From a virus: a stretch of DNA of 64,000 bases. Positions 10,221 to 20,600 of this stretch are shown here, in pieces. The notes under the pieces were generated by a model. The model ran no database searches. It was not told where the DNA came from and saw only the letters and a program-made list of their open reading frames with translations. The position numbers and the translations under genes are program-made. Location: positions 1 through 64,000 of the IMG/VR virus record IMGVR_UViG_3300004369_000006; one strand, written 5' to 3'. Positions within the stretch are counted from its first letter, which is position 1, and each line of letters starts with the position of its first letter.

Positions 10221-13200
10221 TGAAGACTTGTGATGTAATTACATTCAGAAACTCCAAAGGAGAAATAGTTACTGCACCTAATACTATTTCTGATGATTTA
10301 GTACGGTTGTATAACTATAGCAAAGAGGCTGCTAATAAGATTGTTGAAGACTTAGTAAACATTAACTCTACAGGTCAATACAGTTTTGGTTCTTGGATTA
10401 ATAGTAGAACAATTGAAGAAGCTACTATAAATTATTATACAGATGGAAATGGGTTGCCTACTGCACAAGCTGTAGTAGCTTACATTAAACATCTAAAAAA
10501 TCAAACCGCAACATTAAAAGATCAAATAATCTTTCCTGATGGTACAGTAAATAAAATTTTATCTCTTGAGGTACTACAGGCTTATGCGCCTATTTTCTTT
10601 GCAGAAGTACAATCTAATGGAATTACATTTAACCATATTCTAAACGGAGAAGTAATCCCTGACGAGATTTACAAAACAGCATTTGATAGTTTGCTAGAAG
10701 ACTTAGATATCTACAAAGAAACTGCTCAACTAAATAATGAGGTAGGTAAAGCTAAAGAGTTAGACTTCTTAATTAAAAACATTCAACAAAACCCTTATTA
10801 TTTTCAATCAGCATTTAATAAATTCTTATCCAATTTTGATATAAAGGCTACAGAGTCTTTTAAAGAAGTTGTAGATACTATTGAAAATCAAAGTGAAGAA
10901 ATAGTTGATGAGCAAAAAGATGTTTTAGAAGGTGATGAAGAGTTAACGGATTTAGAAAACGAAGAAAACGAAACTGTTGTTTCTAGAGATAGTACTTTCT
11001 ACGATTCTAAAATGAAAGTAAACTATAAGGTACAAGCTCCTAAAGCTATACGTTTAATGTTTACTACCATGATGGATGTGGAAGTAGAACTTAAAGATCC
11101 TGATAGTAAGAAAACTCAATTTTCTAGGGACGACTTTGAAGTATATGCTTTACAGGATGGAATGTCTGGGCTAACTAAAGTTGCTCAGGCAAATAAACTT
11201 ATGTCCTTAGTGCATAATGTATTGGCGGATGTTCCTGGAAATATAGATGCCCATATTGCTGCTCTTAAGAAACAAGCAGATATCTTTTATACTTCTGCAG
11301 ATACGGCTTTGTTAGGAGCACAGTTAGATAATATTATCAAACGTATTGATACCTATACTAAAGGTTCAAAACTTAAAAATGAAATACAAGCTCTTAAAAA
11401 GAATCCTCCTAAGTCTTTAAATGATATATCGGATATCTTTTATAGAGAGTTACTACGTACACAATGGGTACAACAGTTTACTAAAACCAATAACCGTTAT
11501 TACAGTACCTTATATAATGAAACTAAGCAATTAAATCGCTACAACTTAAATAACCAAGCAATACAAACTCGTATTATTTCAGAGTGGCAAGCAAAGCTTA
11601 GTGATAATATTGTTAAGGCTGGTGGTATTACAGAGTTTAGAAAAGAACTTAATGCTTTAATTAAAAAAAGAGCTACGTTAAAAGCTGTTGATATAAACAA
11701 ACAAATCCTAGAAAAGCTAGGTATTGTAATTCCTAACATTGAAAGCTATTTAAAAATTGATATAGACGGTTTACCTACAAAAGGTAATAATAATGCGCTT
11801 AGTGTTTTTACAAGTAGCATAACTAGATTTGGTTTAGGTAGTGATTTAGCAATAAAAAATCTTTACAACTTTCGTCAGCAAAGTAATATACGTACCAATG
11901 CACGTAAGTTTGCGTTACTTATAGCACAGTATTCTACTAAAGACATTGACCTTGTTAGTTATAACATGGATGGTGAAAGAGTATATTCTATTGGATTACA
12001 CAACAGTATGACTCTTACTGCTACTAAGTATAACCAACGTTTATCAGGCGTTAATCGGCTTACTACTGCTACACGCAATGCGCAAATTAAAGCATTGGAA
12101 GATGATATTAATGTAGATATGTCTTTGCAAGCTAAAGCTCCTGCATTATGGACTAGCCTAATCATGGAAAAGCCATTACAGCTGGTAATTAATATTGAGA
12201 ATGGATTAGGTAAAGAACGTAGTGCGGATAAATTGTCTACACGTAAGCTTAATCCTATTGATCGTCTTATCTTAGATATGAAAACGGTTGCAAATAATGC
12301 TAGTCCATTATTGCAAGCAGGTGACCGTCCTGTATACATGAGTGTTTCTGTTGTAAATAAGTTAGACATTCCTGAATCATTAGGAACTAATAATCAAAAC
12401 CTACAGATATCCAGGATTAAAAATTCTATAAAGTACGAGCTATTACAGTCTAAGAAATACTTTGATGAAAATATAGGACGTGGATTAAAGAATGTAGATC
12501 ATTCTGATTTTAGAATGTTTAAGGGCTTAGCCGCTAAGTTAGGTATGACAATGGAAGAAATTGTTAATTTACCCTTAGCAGATGCTCCTACAGTTTATAC
12601 TCAACAAGCTTCAGTATTTAATGAATCTAAATACGAAAGTAAGGTTGATGAGTTTATTGATGAATTAGTTATTCGTAACCTAGAAGGGATTAGAGAAACA
12701 TTAGTTAGTTTTAAAATTAACATAGAAAAATCCCCTTTATTTAAGTTTGTAGAAAACGCATATCAAACTGATAAAGCTAACGGATTTAAAAGTTTTGTAC
12801 TTGCTCAATTAGCAAACTACTCAGAACAGGTTCGAATATTTACAGGAGATGCTACCTTGTTTAAAGATGCAGCAGACTTTGCAAAGCGTTACATGACTTT
12901 GAATTCTACTAAAAAGATTCAAAGGATAGATGATTCTATAAATGCTCTTATAGAGCTTACACAGCTTATGCCAAGTTTTGAGAATAAAGACAAAGGCAAT
13001 AATGCATCTTGGAGAGCCTATGCTCAAAAAATAATTACAGAAGGTCGTACACCTACCATTACTATTAAAGAGCCTACTACAACCATGGAGAAAGCTAATT
13101 TTGATTCTATGGTAGGTTATACTGCAGATTTATATAGAGCTCAAGGAATTAAAAATCCTGAGCAAGAAGCTCGTAAGAAGTTAGCTGCTTATGCTGAAGA

Positions 13201-16200
13201 GTATGAATATGCAGATGGTATAGGAATGATTACGTTAGATGCCTATAGAAGGTTAGCCTTACGTACAGAAACTTGGTCTAAGTATCATGAAAATATTTAC
13301 CAAGCGGTACTTAATAATCGTCCTATTGCTAAAAGTGATTTGCAGTCTGCACGATTTACTCCATTGAAACTACAGTATTCAGGTCCTTATATGACTGAAG
13401 CTCATAAAGGCGGAGGGTTTGTAGCAGTACGTAAATATGCTGTAATGCCTTTGATTCCAGGTATTGTAAAAGAAGGCACACCAATGGATTCTCTTATGCA
13501 ATCTATGCATCGCAATAAGATTGAACAAGCTATTCTTGAGAGTGGAGCTAAAGTAACTTATGGTAAAACATATAGCATAGAAAACTTTGAAGAAGAGTTT
13601 ACTCAAGCAATAAATGAAGATATGTATTCAGCTACGGATGATTTACATGATGCTTACATGGGTATTCAAACTAACCTTAATGAACAACCTAAAGGTAGTG
13701 TTACTCAATCAAAGCAGATGCGTAGACACACCTTGTTGAATATTAAAGACCGTGGTAAGTTTTTATCTGAAAATTCTGAGTTTCAAAATTTATTTGATAG
13801 CTATGATAAAAAACATGCGGACTTAGTAAATGAAAAATTTACTGATTTTATTGATGATATTGGATTTGAAAATATTGACAGTATAGCTTCTTGGCAAAAG
13901 GCAGACTTGACTCGATTTATTAATCAAGCTGTATATGCAGCAGAGAAACGTAACTTTCCTAACTCAACAATCCAAACTATTAATCAACTCAAAGAAATAG
14001 ATGAAGAGTTAAAAGAACGTGAGATTACCTTCTTGGATGAGCTTCCTATTTTTCATGAGTTGGAATATCTAGTTACAAAAATCTTTAAGGATAATGTAGT
14101 TAGTTTAAAACGTAATGGGGAATCTTTTATGCAGGTTCCTGACTTAGGTAACTCTATTGATTCTAGCCGTAGTTTACAGTTTTATCGTGTAACAGATGCA
14201 AAGACTATACTACCTATGGAGATTACTATGCCATTGCCTGATGAATTATTTGATTATGTAGCAAATAAATATGGTAATGGTAAGTTTACTCAGGAAGCTT
14301 TAGATAAGTTTAATGAGGATGTCCGTAAAGATGAAGATGCCTTTGTAGCTAATAAAGGTAAAAAGATGACTACGCTTACTAAGATACGTAGAGTAGTTGG
14401 ATTCCGTATTCCTCACCAAGCAAAATCATTTACTGAAACTGCACATGTAGTAGAGTATACAAATCCTATTTTATTTAATTCAGTTACTGTACCCCATGAG
14501 TTAGTAATTAAGAATAACTCTGACTTTGATAGTGATAAGTTTAATGCATATACTACTGAGTTTTCTGTACAGGATGGTAAAATTGTTTTACCTGAAGATT
14601 CAGTAATGAATGACCTACTTGATATTGAGTATAAGATTAATTTGCTCTATGATACTTTTGCTGAGCACATTATTCCTGCTAACGATAGTCTACTTGCAGA
14701 TACAGCAACTAAGATTGCTACGGATTTAAAAGGTATAGACTTGGTTAAACAACCTATGGAAAACCTTTTAAACATTGCAAAACAAATTGAAACATTTACA
14801 AAGTACAAGGAAGGTAAAGGTAACGTAGGTATTAATGTATCTAACGTAAGTTTACTTCCTGTTATCCAAAATAATAATTTTATTCACGTAGATAAAAAAG
14901 GATTTTTATCTTATGTACTTGATGATACTGGTGGAGTAAACTATTATGATTTTAGTAATATTACTACTCAAGAGGGTTACTTAAAATCTCAATTACTCGA
15001 TGAGTTTACTACTGCTTCACTAGATGCAGCAAACACCACAGGTTATCCATTCTTTATTAACTTATATGGACAAGGGTTAAGTGCTGCATTAGCAGGAGTA
15101 CATTTAGGATCTTTTAATAAAACGTTGTTGTGGCTTAACCAACCGATTATTACAGAATATTTACGTCAGTATTCATTCCATAATAGAGGTATAAGTAGTG
15201 CCAAAACAAGTAAGCAAATTATTCAAGCGCGTCTTTTAAAAGGCTATATGACTCTTGAACAATATAAGAATCTTACTCCTGATAGCTCTGTTAAAATTAC
15301 TATTAAGGATTTACAGATGGCTATTAAGAACCCAAATACAGATAAAGCTAAATACATTCAAGCAGTAGCTCTTAAAGTATTTGATGCGCTTAATGGTTTG
15401 AATAGTGAAATCTACGATATCAAGAAAGAAACTTCTGCAGATGATACAGGATACAAGACATTTCAAGAGTTACAAGCAAAAGAAAGTGAATTAAATCCAA
15501 CAGGAATAGGTTTAATACCTAAGGATTTAAAATTTATACAAGCATTAAAAAGTTCTATAAAAGGATTGCAGGATAAATTACGGTTTACCACAATGTCTAC
15601 TAATATAGGAATTGATTATGCTAGTCTTGAAGAAGCATTATTAAAAAAAGATTTTAATTTAAAGTTTAACGCAAAGAATCGTAATAAACTATTTAATGCT
15701 TTTCGTTCTCAGTTTACTCCTATTGCTATATCCTCATCGTTTTTGCCAGGCACTGGTTTTGATTATGTAAGAGAAGTAGAACGTTTGACTACAGGAGAAA
15801 ATAGTGTAGCACGTAGATTATATGAAATTCAAAATGATCCTGATAATGCTTATGCACGTGATTTATTCTTGAGTCAATTCCAACCTTTGATTGATTACCA
15901 AGGGTCAGGACGTGATATTGTGGTATCTAGGATGTCTGATAGTAATGTAGTAGATCAGAATATAATTGATGCTAAGCATGATGAGTTAATGCAATCTGAA
16001 TACGGAGATTTAGCAAGAGATTTAATTCGACTATCTTTGGTACAGTCTGGATTCTTACAAGGGAAATTTAATTTGATGCGTAATCTTAACAAGCAGTTGG
16101 TGTATCAGGAGTTACTACCTTATATTTCTCAGGTTAAAGAGATTATATTATCTGATAATCCTGTTTTGAAATCAAATATTCAAGAAGGTTATATGCCTGC

Positions 16201-16534
16201 ATTTATGTATGCTTATGTACATAACATGCCTATTTCAAGTCAAACTGTAGAAATATATGATCCTTATATGAAAGATATGACTATACTACCTGGTACTACT
16301 AAAAAAGTATTTACAACTTATTCTTTAGGTAAGGAAGATGCTAGGAAAAGACTAGAAGAAGGAAGTGTATATTTTTCTACAAATTCGGATGTGTTTATAA
16401 AAGAAATAGTTATGAAGGCCAAAGAATTTATGATTCCAGTTTCCAAAACCAAAGGTAAGGCTGAAGCTCCATTTGAACGAGATAACGCTCCTGATTTATT
16501 AGAAGCAGGTAAAAAACGTAAAAACGATTGTTAA
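10220..16534 (+). CDS. Virion-packaged two-barrel RNA polymerase (phi14:2 gp66-like)
   Basis: DxDxD motif SDFDSDK (14522-14536), upstream GFRIPHQ, YADG motif, ~2100 aa; TAATG-coupled to the previous gene. Confidence 0.88.
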   Translation: MKTCDVITFRNSKGEIVTAPNTISDDLVRLYNYSKEAANKIVEDLVNINSTGQYSFGSWINSRTIEEATINYYTDGNGLPTAQAVVAYIKHLKNQTATLKDQIIFPDGTVNKILSLEVLQAYAPIFFAEVQSNGITFNHILNGEVIPDEIYKTAFDSLLEDLDIYKETAQLNNEVGKAKELDFLIKNIQQNPYYFQSAFNKFLSNFDIKATESFKEVVDTIENQSEEIVDEQKDVLEGDEELTDLENEENETVVSRDSTFYDSKMKVNYKVQAPKAIRLMFTTMMDVEVELKDPDSKKTQFSRDDFEVYALQDGMSGLTKVAQANKLMSLVHNVLADVPGNIDAHIAALKKQADIFYTSADTALLGAQLDNIIKRIDTYTKGSKLKNEIQALKKNPPKSLNDISDIFYRELLRTQWVQQFTKTNNRYYSTLYNETKQLNRYNLNNQAIQTRIISEWQAKLSDNIVKAGGITEFRKELNALIKKRATLKAVDINKQILEKLGIVIPNIESYLKIDIDGLPTKGNNNALSVFTSSITRFGLGSDLAIKNLYNFRQQSNIRTNARKFALLIAQYSTKDIDLVSYNMDGERVYSIGLHNSMTLTATKYNQRLSGVNRLTTATRNAQIKALEDDINVDMSLQAKAPALWTSLIMEKPLQLVINIENGLGKERSADKLSTRKLNPIDRLILDMKTVANNASPLLQAGDRPVYMSVSVVNKLDIPESLGTNNQNLQISRIKNSIKYELLQSKKYFDENIGRGLKNVDHSDFRMFKGLAAKLGMTMEEIVNLPLADAPTVYTQQASVFNESKYESKVDEFIDELVIRNLEGIRETLVSFKINIEKSPLFKFVENAYQTDKANGFKSFVLAQLANYSEQVRIFTGDATLFKDAADFAKRYMTLNSTKKIQRIDDSINALIELTQLMPSFENKDKGNNASWRAYAQKIITEGRTPTITIKEPTTTMEKANFDSMVGYTADLYRAQGIKNPEQEARKKLAAYAEEYEYADGIGMITLDAYRRLALRTETWSKYHENIYQAVLNNRPIAKSDLQSARFTPLKLQYSGPYMTEAHKGGGFVAVRKYAVMPLIPGIVKEGTPMDSLMQSMHRNKIEQAILESGAKVTYGKTYSIENFEEEFTQAINEDMYSATDDLHDAYMGIQTNLNEQPKGSVTQSKQMRRHTLLNIKDRGKFLSENSEFQNLFDSYDKKHADLVNEKFTDFIDDIGFENIDSIASWQKADLTRFINQAVYAAEKRNFPNSTIQTINQLKEIDEELKEREITFLDELPIFHELEYLVTKIFKDNVVSLKRNGESFMQVPDLGNSIDSSRSLQFYRVTDAKTILPMEITMPLPDELFDYVANKYGNGKFTQEALDKFNEDVRKDEDAFVANKGKKMTTLTKIRRVVGFRIPHQAKSFTETAHVVEYTNPILFNSVTVPHELVIKNNSDFDSDKFNAYTTEFSVQDGKIVLPEDSVMNDLLDIEYKINLLYDTFAEHIIPANDSLLADTATKIATDLKGIDLVKQPMENLLNIAKQIETFTKYKEGKGNVGINVSNVSLLPVIQNNNFIHVDKKGFLSYVLDDTGGVNYYDFSNITTQEGYLKSQLLDEFTTASLDAANTTGYPFFINLYGQGLSAALAGVHLGSFNKTLLWLNQPIITEYLRQYSFHNRGISSAKTSKQIIQARLLKGYMTLEQYKNLTPDSSVKITIKDLQMAIKNPNTDKAKYIQAVALKVFDALNGLNSEIYDIKKETSADDTGYKTFQELQAKESELNPTGIGLIPKDLKFIQALKSSIKGLQDKLRFTTMSTNIGIDYASLEEALLKKDFNLKFNAKNRNKLFNAFRSQFTPIAISSSFLPGTGFDYVREVERLTTGENSVARRLYEIQNDPDNAYARDLFLSQFQPLIDYQGSGRDIVVSRMSDSNVVDQNIIDAKHDELMQSEYGDLARDLIRLSLVQSGFLQGKFNLMRNLNKQLVYQELLPYISQVKEIILSDNPVLKSNIQEGYMPAFMYAYVHNMPISSQTVEIYDPYMKDMTILPGTTKKVFTTYSLGKEDARKRLEEGSVYFSTNSDVFIKEIVMKAKEFMIPVSKTKGKAEAPFERDNAPDLLEAGKKRKNDC

Positions 16535-16535
16535 T

Positions 16536-17615
16536 ATGGGTGCAAAGTGTCCTAACATAAACTCTAACGAGTGGCAAGCATTAGTAGAACGTGTAGGTGA
16601 GGACTACGCATGGGGTATTTATACTCTCTATGATGATATTCCTTTAATTGTAGAAGATTTAGATGCAGAGTTAGTCAAACTAGGTTTACGTAATCAACAA
16701 GGTGAAGATTTACTTAAGACAAAAGATTTAAGTGAGAAGCTAAATAAGAAATATTTGAATCTAACGTTTGTTGCAGAAAAGGTAGGTAATAGATTTAGTC
16801 ATACGGTTACAGAGGATTACATTCCTTCTAAAGAAGAGATAGAAGCTATAGTTGAATCTATTAATACAGGTACTCCTAATATGTCTGAAGAGCTTATGAT
16901 GGAGGAAAGTATTCTAGATTCTGATATGGAAACTGAAGAACCTGTATTGGATAGCAACATATTTGATCCTAATACCAAAGAGATTAATACGTATTTAGAT
17001 CAGTTAGAAACTACCAATACTACATTGCCTTTTAACTCTAACATGAGTGCTGCATATAAGTCTTATGAAACAAATGTAGGTAGCATTGTAGATGCTCGTA
17101 ATGCTTTAGCACAAGTTCTAAGCCCTGAAACAAAGACACACATAGACGAAAACGTTGCTGACTTAGTAGGACAAGTATTTTATACAGCAGTTCCTGAAAG
17201 AGCTTTAAATAGCTTTATAGATAACTATAACTTACGTGCTAGTTTTGTAAATGAACGCAATGAGCCATTAGGTCATTCTGAATTGGTAACTGAATTTTTA
17301 AAATATATTCCTACTACACAGGTATCTGCAATTATAAAACGTCAATTAGATTTACTAAACAGTGTAAGTGAATATCTTAATGAGGTATCTAATACACAAC
17401 CTATTATTCAAGATACCTTAGCTACTATACAAGAGTACAAACAGTCAGTTCCTATTGTAGAGGAAACACTTCCTGTTAAAGATACGCAAGAGGTAGAAGA
17501 TTTAGAAACAGATAATAATATCATTAATAGTGAAGCTTTCCAAAGATTTAACGAAGAAAATCAATTTACTACCTTAGAGGAGAATTTAGATTATTACAAA
17601 CGCTGTAAATTATAA
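16536..17615 (+). CDS. Acidic cargo/linker protein (359 aa) with N- and C-terminal Cys
   Basis: Begins MGAKCPNINSNEW and ends YYKRCKL; separated by 1 and 3 nt from flanking giant genes. Confidence 0.6.
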   Translation: MGAKCPNINSNEWQALVERVGEDYAWGIYTLYDDIPLIVEDLDAELVKLGLRNQQGEDLLKTKDLSEKLNKKYLNLTFVAEKVGNRFSHTVTEDYIPSKEEIEAIVESINTGTPNMSEELMMEESILDSDMETEEPVLDSNIFDPNTKEINTYLDQLETTNTTLPFNSNMSAAYKSYETNVGSIVDARNALAQVLSPETKTHIDENVADLVGQVFYTAVPERALNSFIDNYNLRASFVNERNEPLGHSELVTEFLKYIPTTQVSAIIKRQLDLLNSVSEYLNEVSNTQPIIQDTLATIQEYKQSVPIVEETLPVKDTQEVEDLETDNNIINSEAFQRFNEENQFTTLEENLDYYKRCKL

Positions 17616-17618
17616 GTA

Positions 17619-20600
17619 ATGCGAAGCAATTATTGTGCAGTTATACCTGCTGATATAAAAGCAGAGTACGGAGAAGTAATAGGGCAAAGAATTATGTCTT
17701 ATTACCCTGATCGTATTCCAACGTTAGATGAAGTACGTTTTATAGGAGATGCTCTAAAGCGTGGTGTACGTGGTGCTAAACTACAAGCATATACTAAATT
17801 TCTAGATCAAGCTACTATAGAAGCAGAGATTGATAAAAGAAACGCTGAGGTACTTGAAGAAAAGATTATAGATGAGAATCGTGGAGAATTATACCAATTA
17901 AAGAATGGTAAAGTTCTTTTATATCGTCCTTCTCAAATTGCTAAGGAAACTATACGGGGTAAAAGATCTCGTAAGTCTTTACAAGGTTTGGAAGCATCTG
18001 CTAATAACCAAACATTAGCAACCATAGGTACAGAGTTGCATGAGCTTAATGAAAACTTTTACGTATACTTTGCGCAACAATCCCCTTTGCTACGGGTAAA
18101 GAGTAGAATTACTGCTCCTAAAATTACTCGTCCTGATTACTTATCTCCTGAAGCATACGAAGAAATCAAAAGTAGTATTAAGATACTTGTAGATAAAGCG
18201 ATTGCTAAACAGCAAACTATCAATGATCGTACAGGTAAAGAAGGTCAAGCTATTGTATATCCTGAAGTATTTATTCATAACGATAAAGACACAGGAGGTA
18301 CTATAGATGGTCTTGTAGTATATAGTAATAGTCGTATAGATTTCTTGGACTACAAGTTCATGAAGCAACAAAAGGAAATCATTACTACTGAAACAGGTAT
18401 AACAGAGTTTGTACCTTCTACTGAGATATCTGATATCAAACGTAGAACTTATCGTTTACAGACAGGGCAATACCGTGATATGCTTATTGATAGTTACGGT
18501 GTACAGAAAGAACAGTTTGATGAGATATCTATTATTCCTTTTATGATGGATATCCCTATTGATCCTGTATATAATGAAGACGGGACTTTAGTATCAAGTA
18601 GAAAACCTGGTGAATACAAGAACCCTAAGTTTCAGAAGAAAGTAAATGCTGTTATAGGTATCTCTTCAGAACAAGTAAAACAATTACCTACAGGATATCA
18701 ATTAACGGATAATGAAATCCTTGATGATATTATTGTTGAACTTGATAAGAAACTTAATATAGCTATTGAGAATGCTCGTAAGAGTTACTATTCAGATAGT
18801 GATTTAAAGTATGCTGAATATCAAGATGAGATTAGTAAACTAGAACGGCTTATAGAACATATCCAAAGAGAGAAAGATGCAAACTCTGTATTGGATTATG
18901 TACTTAATATGACGGACTATATCAATAAGAATAGCAATGCTATTACTCCTAATGACCTTACCTATTATCTTAGTGAGGTAGAGTATTTTAAAAACCTTCT
19001 TGAAACGGTTACTAAAATTACCAATAAAGAAGAAGACGAAACTATTGCTAATGAGCAATTACCTGAAGATAGCCACTTTAGAAAAGCTTTGAAAACCAAT
19101 GCTTTTAAAACAGGTTTATCTCTGCAATTATTAAATCAGGCAGAAGAAATCTTAAGGGGTAAGTTAGAGCTTAACTTAGAAAAATTAAACCCTGACATTG
19201 CTGAGGTTACATCTTATAACTTTGGTGAAAAGTTTATTCCTTGGAGTGAAATAGAAGAGCCTGTAATTCAAACTGCATATACTTTATTTAATGAAGCTGA
19301 AACTAAGAAGTATAAAGCTATTAAAGAACTGCAGGAAGAAATTAAAAAAGAAATAGATGCTCTAAAAGCCGCAGGTTACACTATGGAGCAGGCTAATAAG
19401 ATGATCTTTAATGACAAAACAGGTAATATTATTAGCAGATATGATTCAGAAAAGCGTAATCTTATATTTCAAGCAAGAGAAAATAACGATGTAGCATACA
19501 TTAAATCAATTTATGAACTGACTGATGAAGGTAAGAATCGTTATTTATTAGATTTAGAAACACGTAAAAATCGTTTAGCTGCGATACATGGAGAGTTTTC
19601 TGCGGCATATAACAAAGCGGTAAGTAAGTTTATTGATGAGAACGACTTAGCCAACTCTGAAAATGCTTGGTTAATTCGTGCAGCGGTAAATAAATATGCT
19701 AAGCTTAAGAGTGAAGAAGAGAACTACAGTGAGGAATATAAAAAATTACCACCTGCTGTAAAGAAGTATGTAGACTTCTATTATGCCACGATGCAGAAGT
19801 TTAATGCAGCTTTACCTAATGAGTATATCAGGGAAAACTTTGTGCCTAATCTTAGAGCACAATCTGCTGGTATTCTAAGACAATTATTAGGGGTAAGTGC
19901 CCCTAAAGATTTATTTAATCTTATCAAGCGTAACACGGTAGATGGATTGCGTTTACGTCAGTCTGAGATTACCTCTCTTACCATGGACATCAATAGTCCT
20001 GACTTGCGTGTACCCTTAGCATATAAAGATAACTTTGAGTACTACGATAAAGAAACTCATGAATATCGTGCATCATATACTCGTGAAGAAAACAACTTTG
20101 CTAAGAGTAAAGATTTGATGTATAACCTTATTATGTTTGGAGAAGCAGTGTATCACAAATCCTATATGGATGAAACTTTAGATACTATGCAAGCTCTTAT
20201 GCAGTATGCTAAATATAAGAAGTCTTATAAGCAAGATATTATTGGGGGTATCAAAGGATTAAACCGTGGTTATAGAACTCCTGAATTAGAGCAGTCTGAT
20301 CGTATTTCTAAAAATCTTACGCAGCTTATTCGTACTCATGTTCTACGTGAACACATTACAAGTAAAGATGTAATTATTGGCAAGAATATTTCAGCTAATA
20401 AAATGGTAAGTGCCTTAATTAATTCAGCTCGAAACATGGCTTTAGGATTTAACTATAAAGCTGCTTTTGCTGGGTTTATGACAGGACAAGCTAACCTATT
20501 AGCTTACAGTAGAAAGAATAGGCAGATTACTCGTAAGGGTCTTATGTCTGCATATAAACATATGCGCTCTGCTAATGCTCGTGCTATGAATGAGTACTTT

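Noticed and set aside
4709-19058. Short antisense ORFs within the giant cargo genes
   Set aside because: Shadow ORFs of long sense genes with no recognisable motifs.
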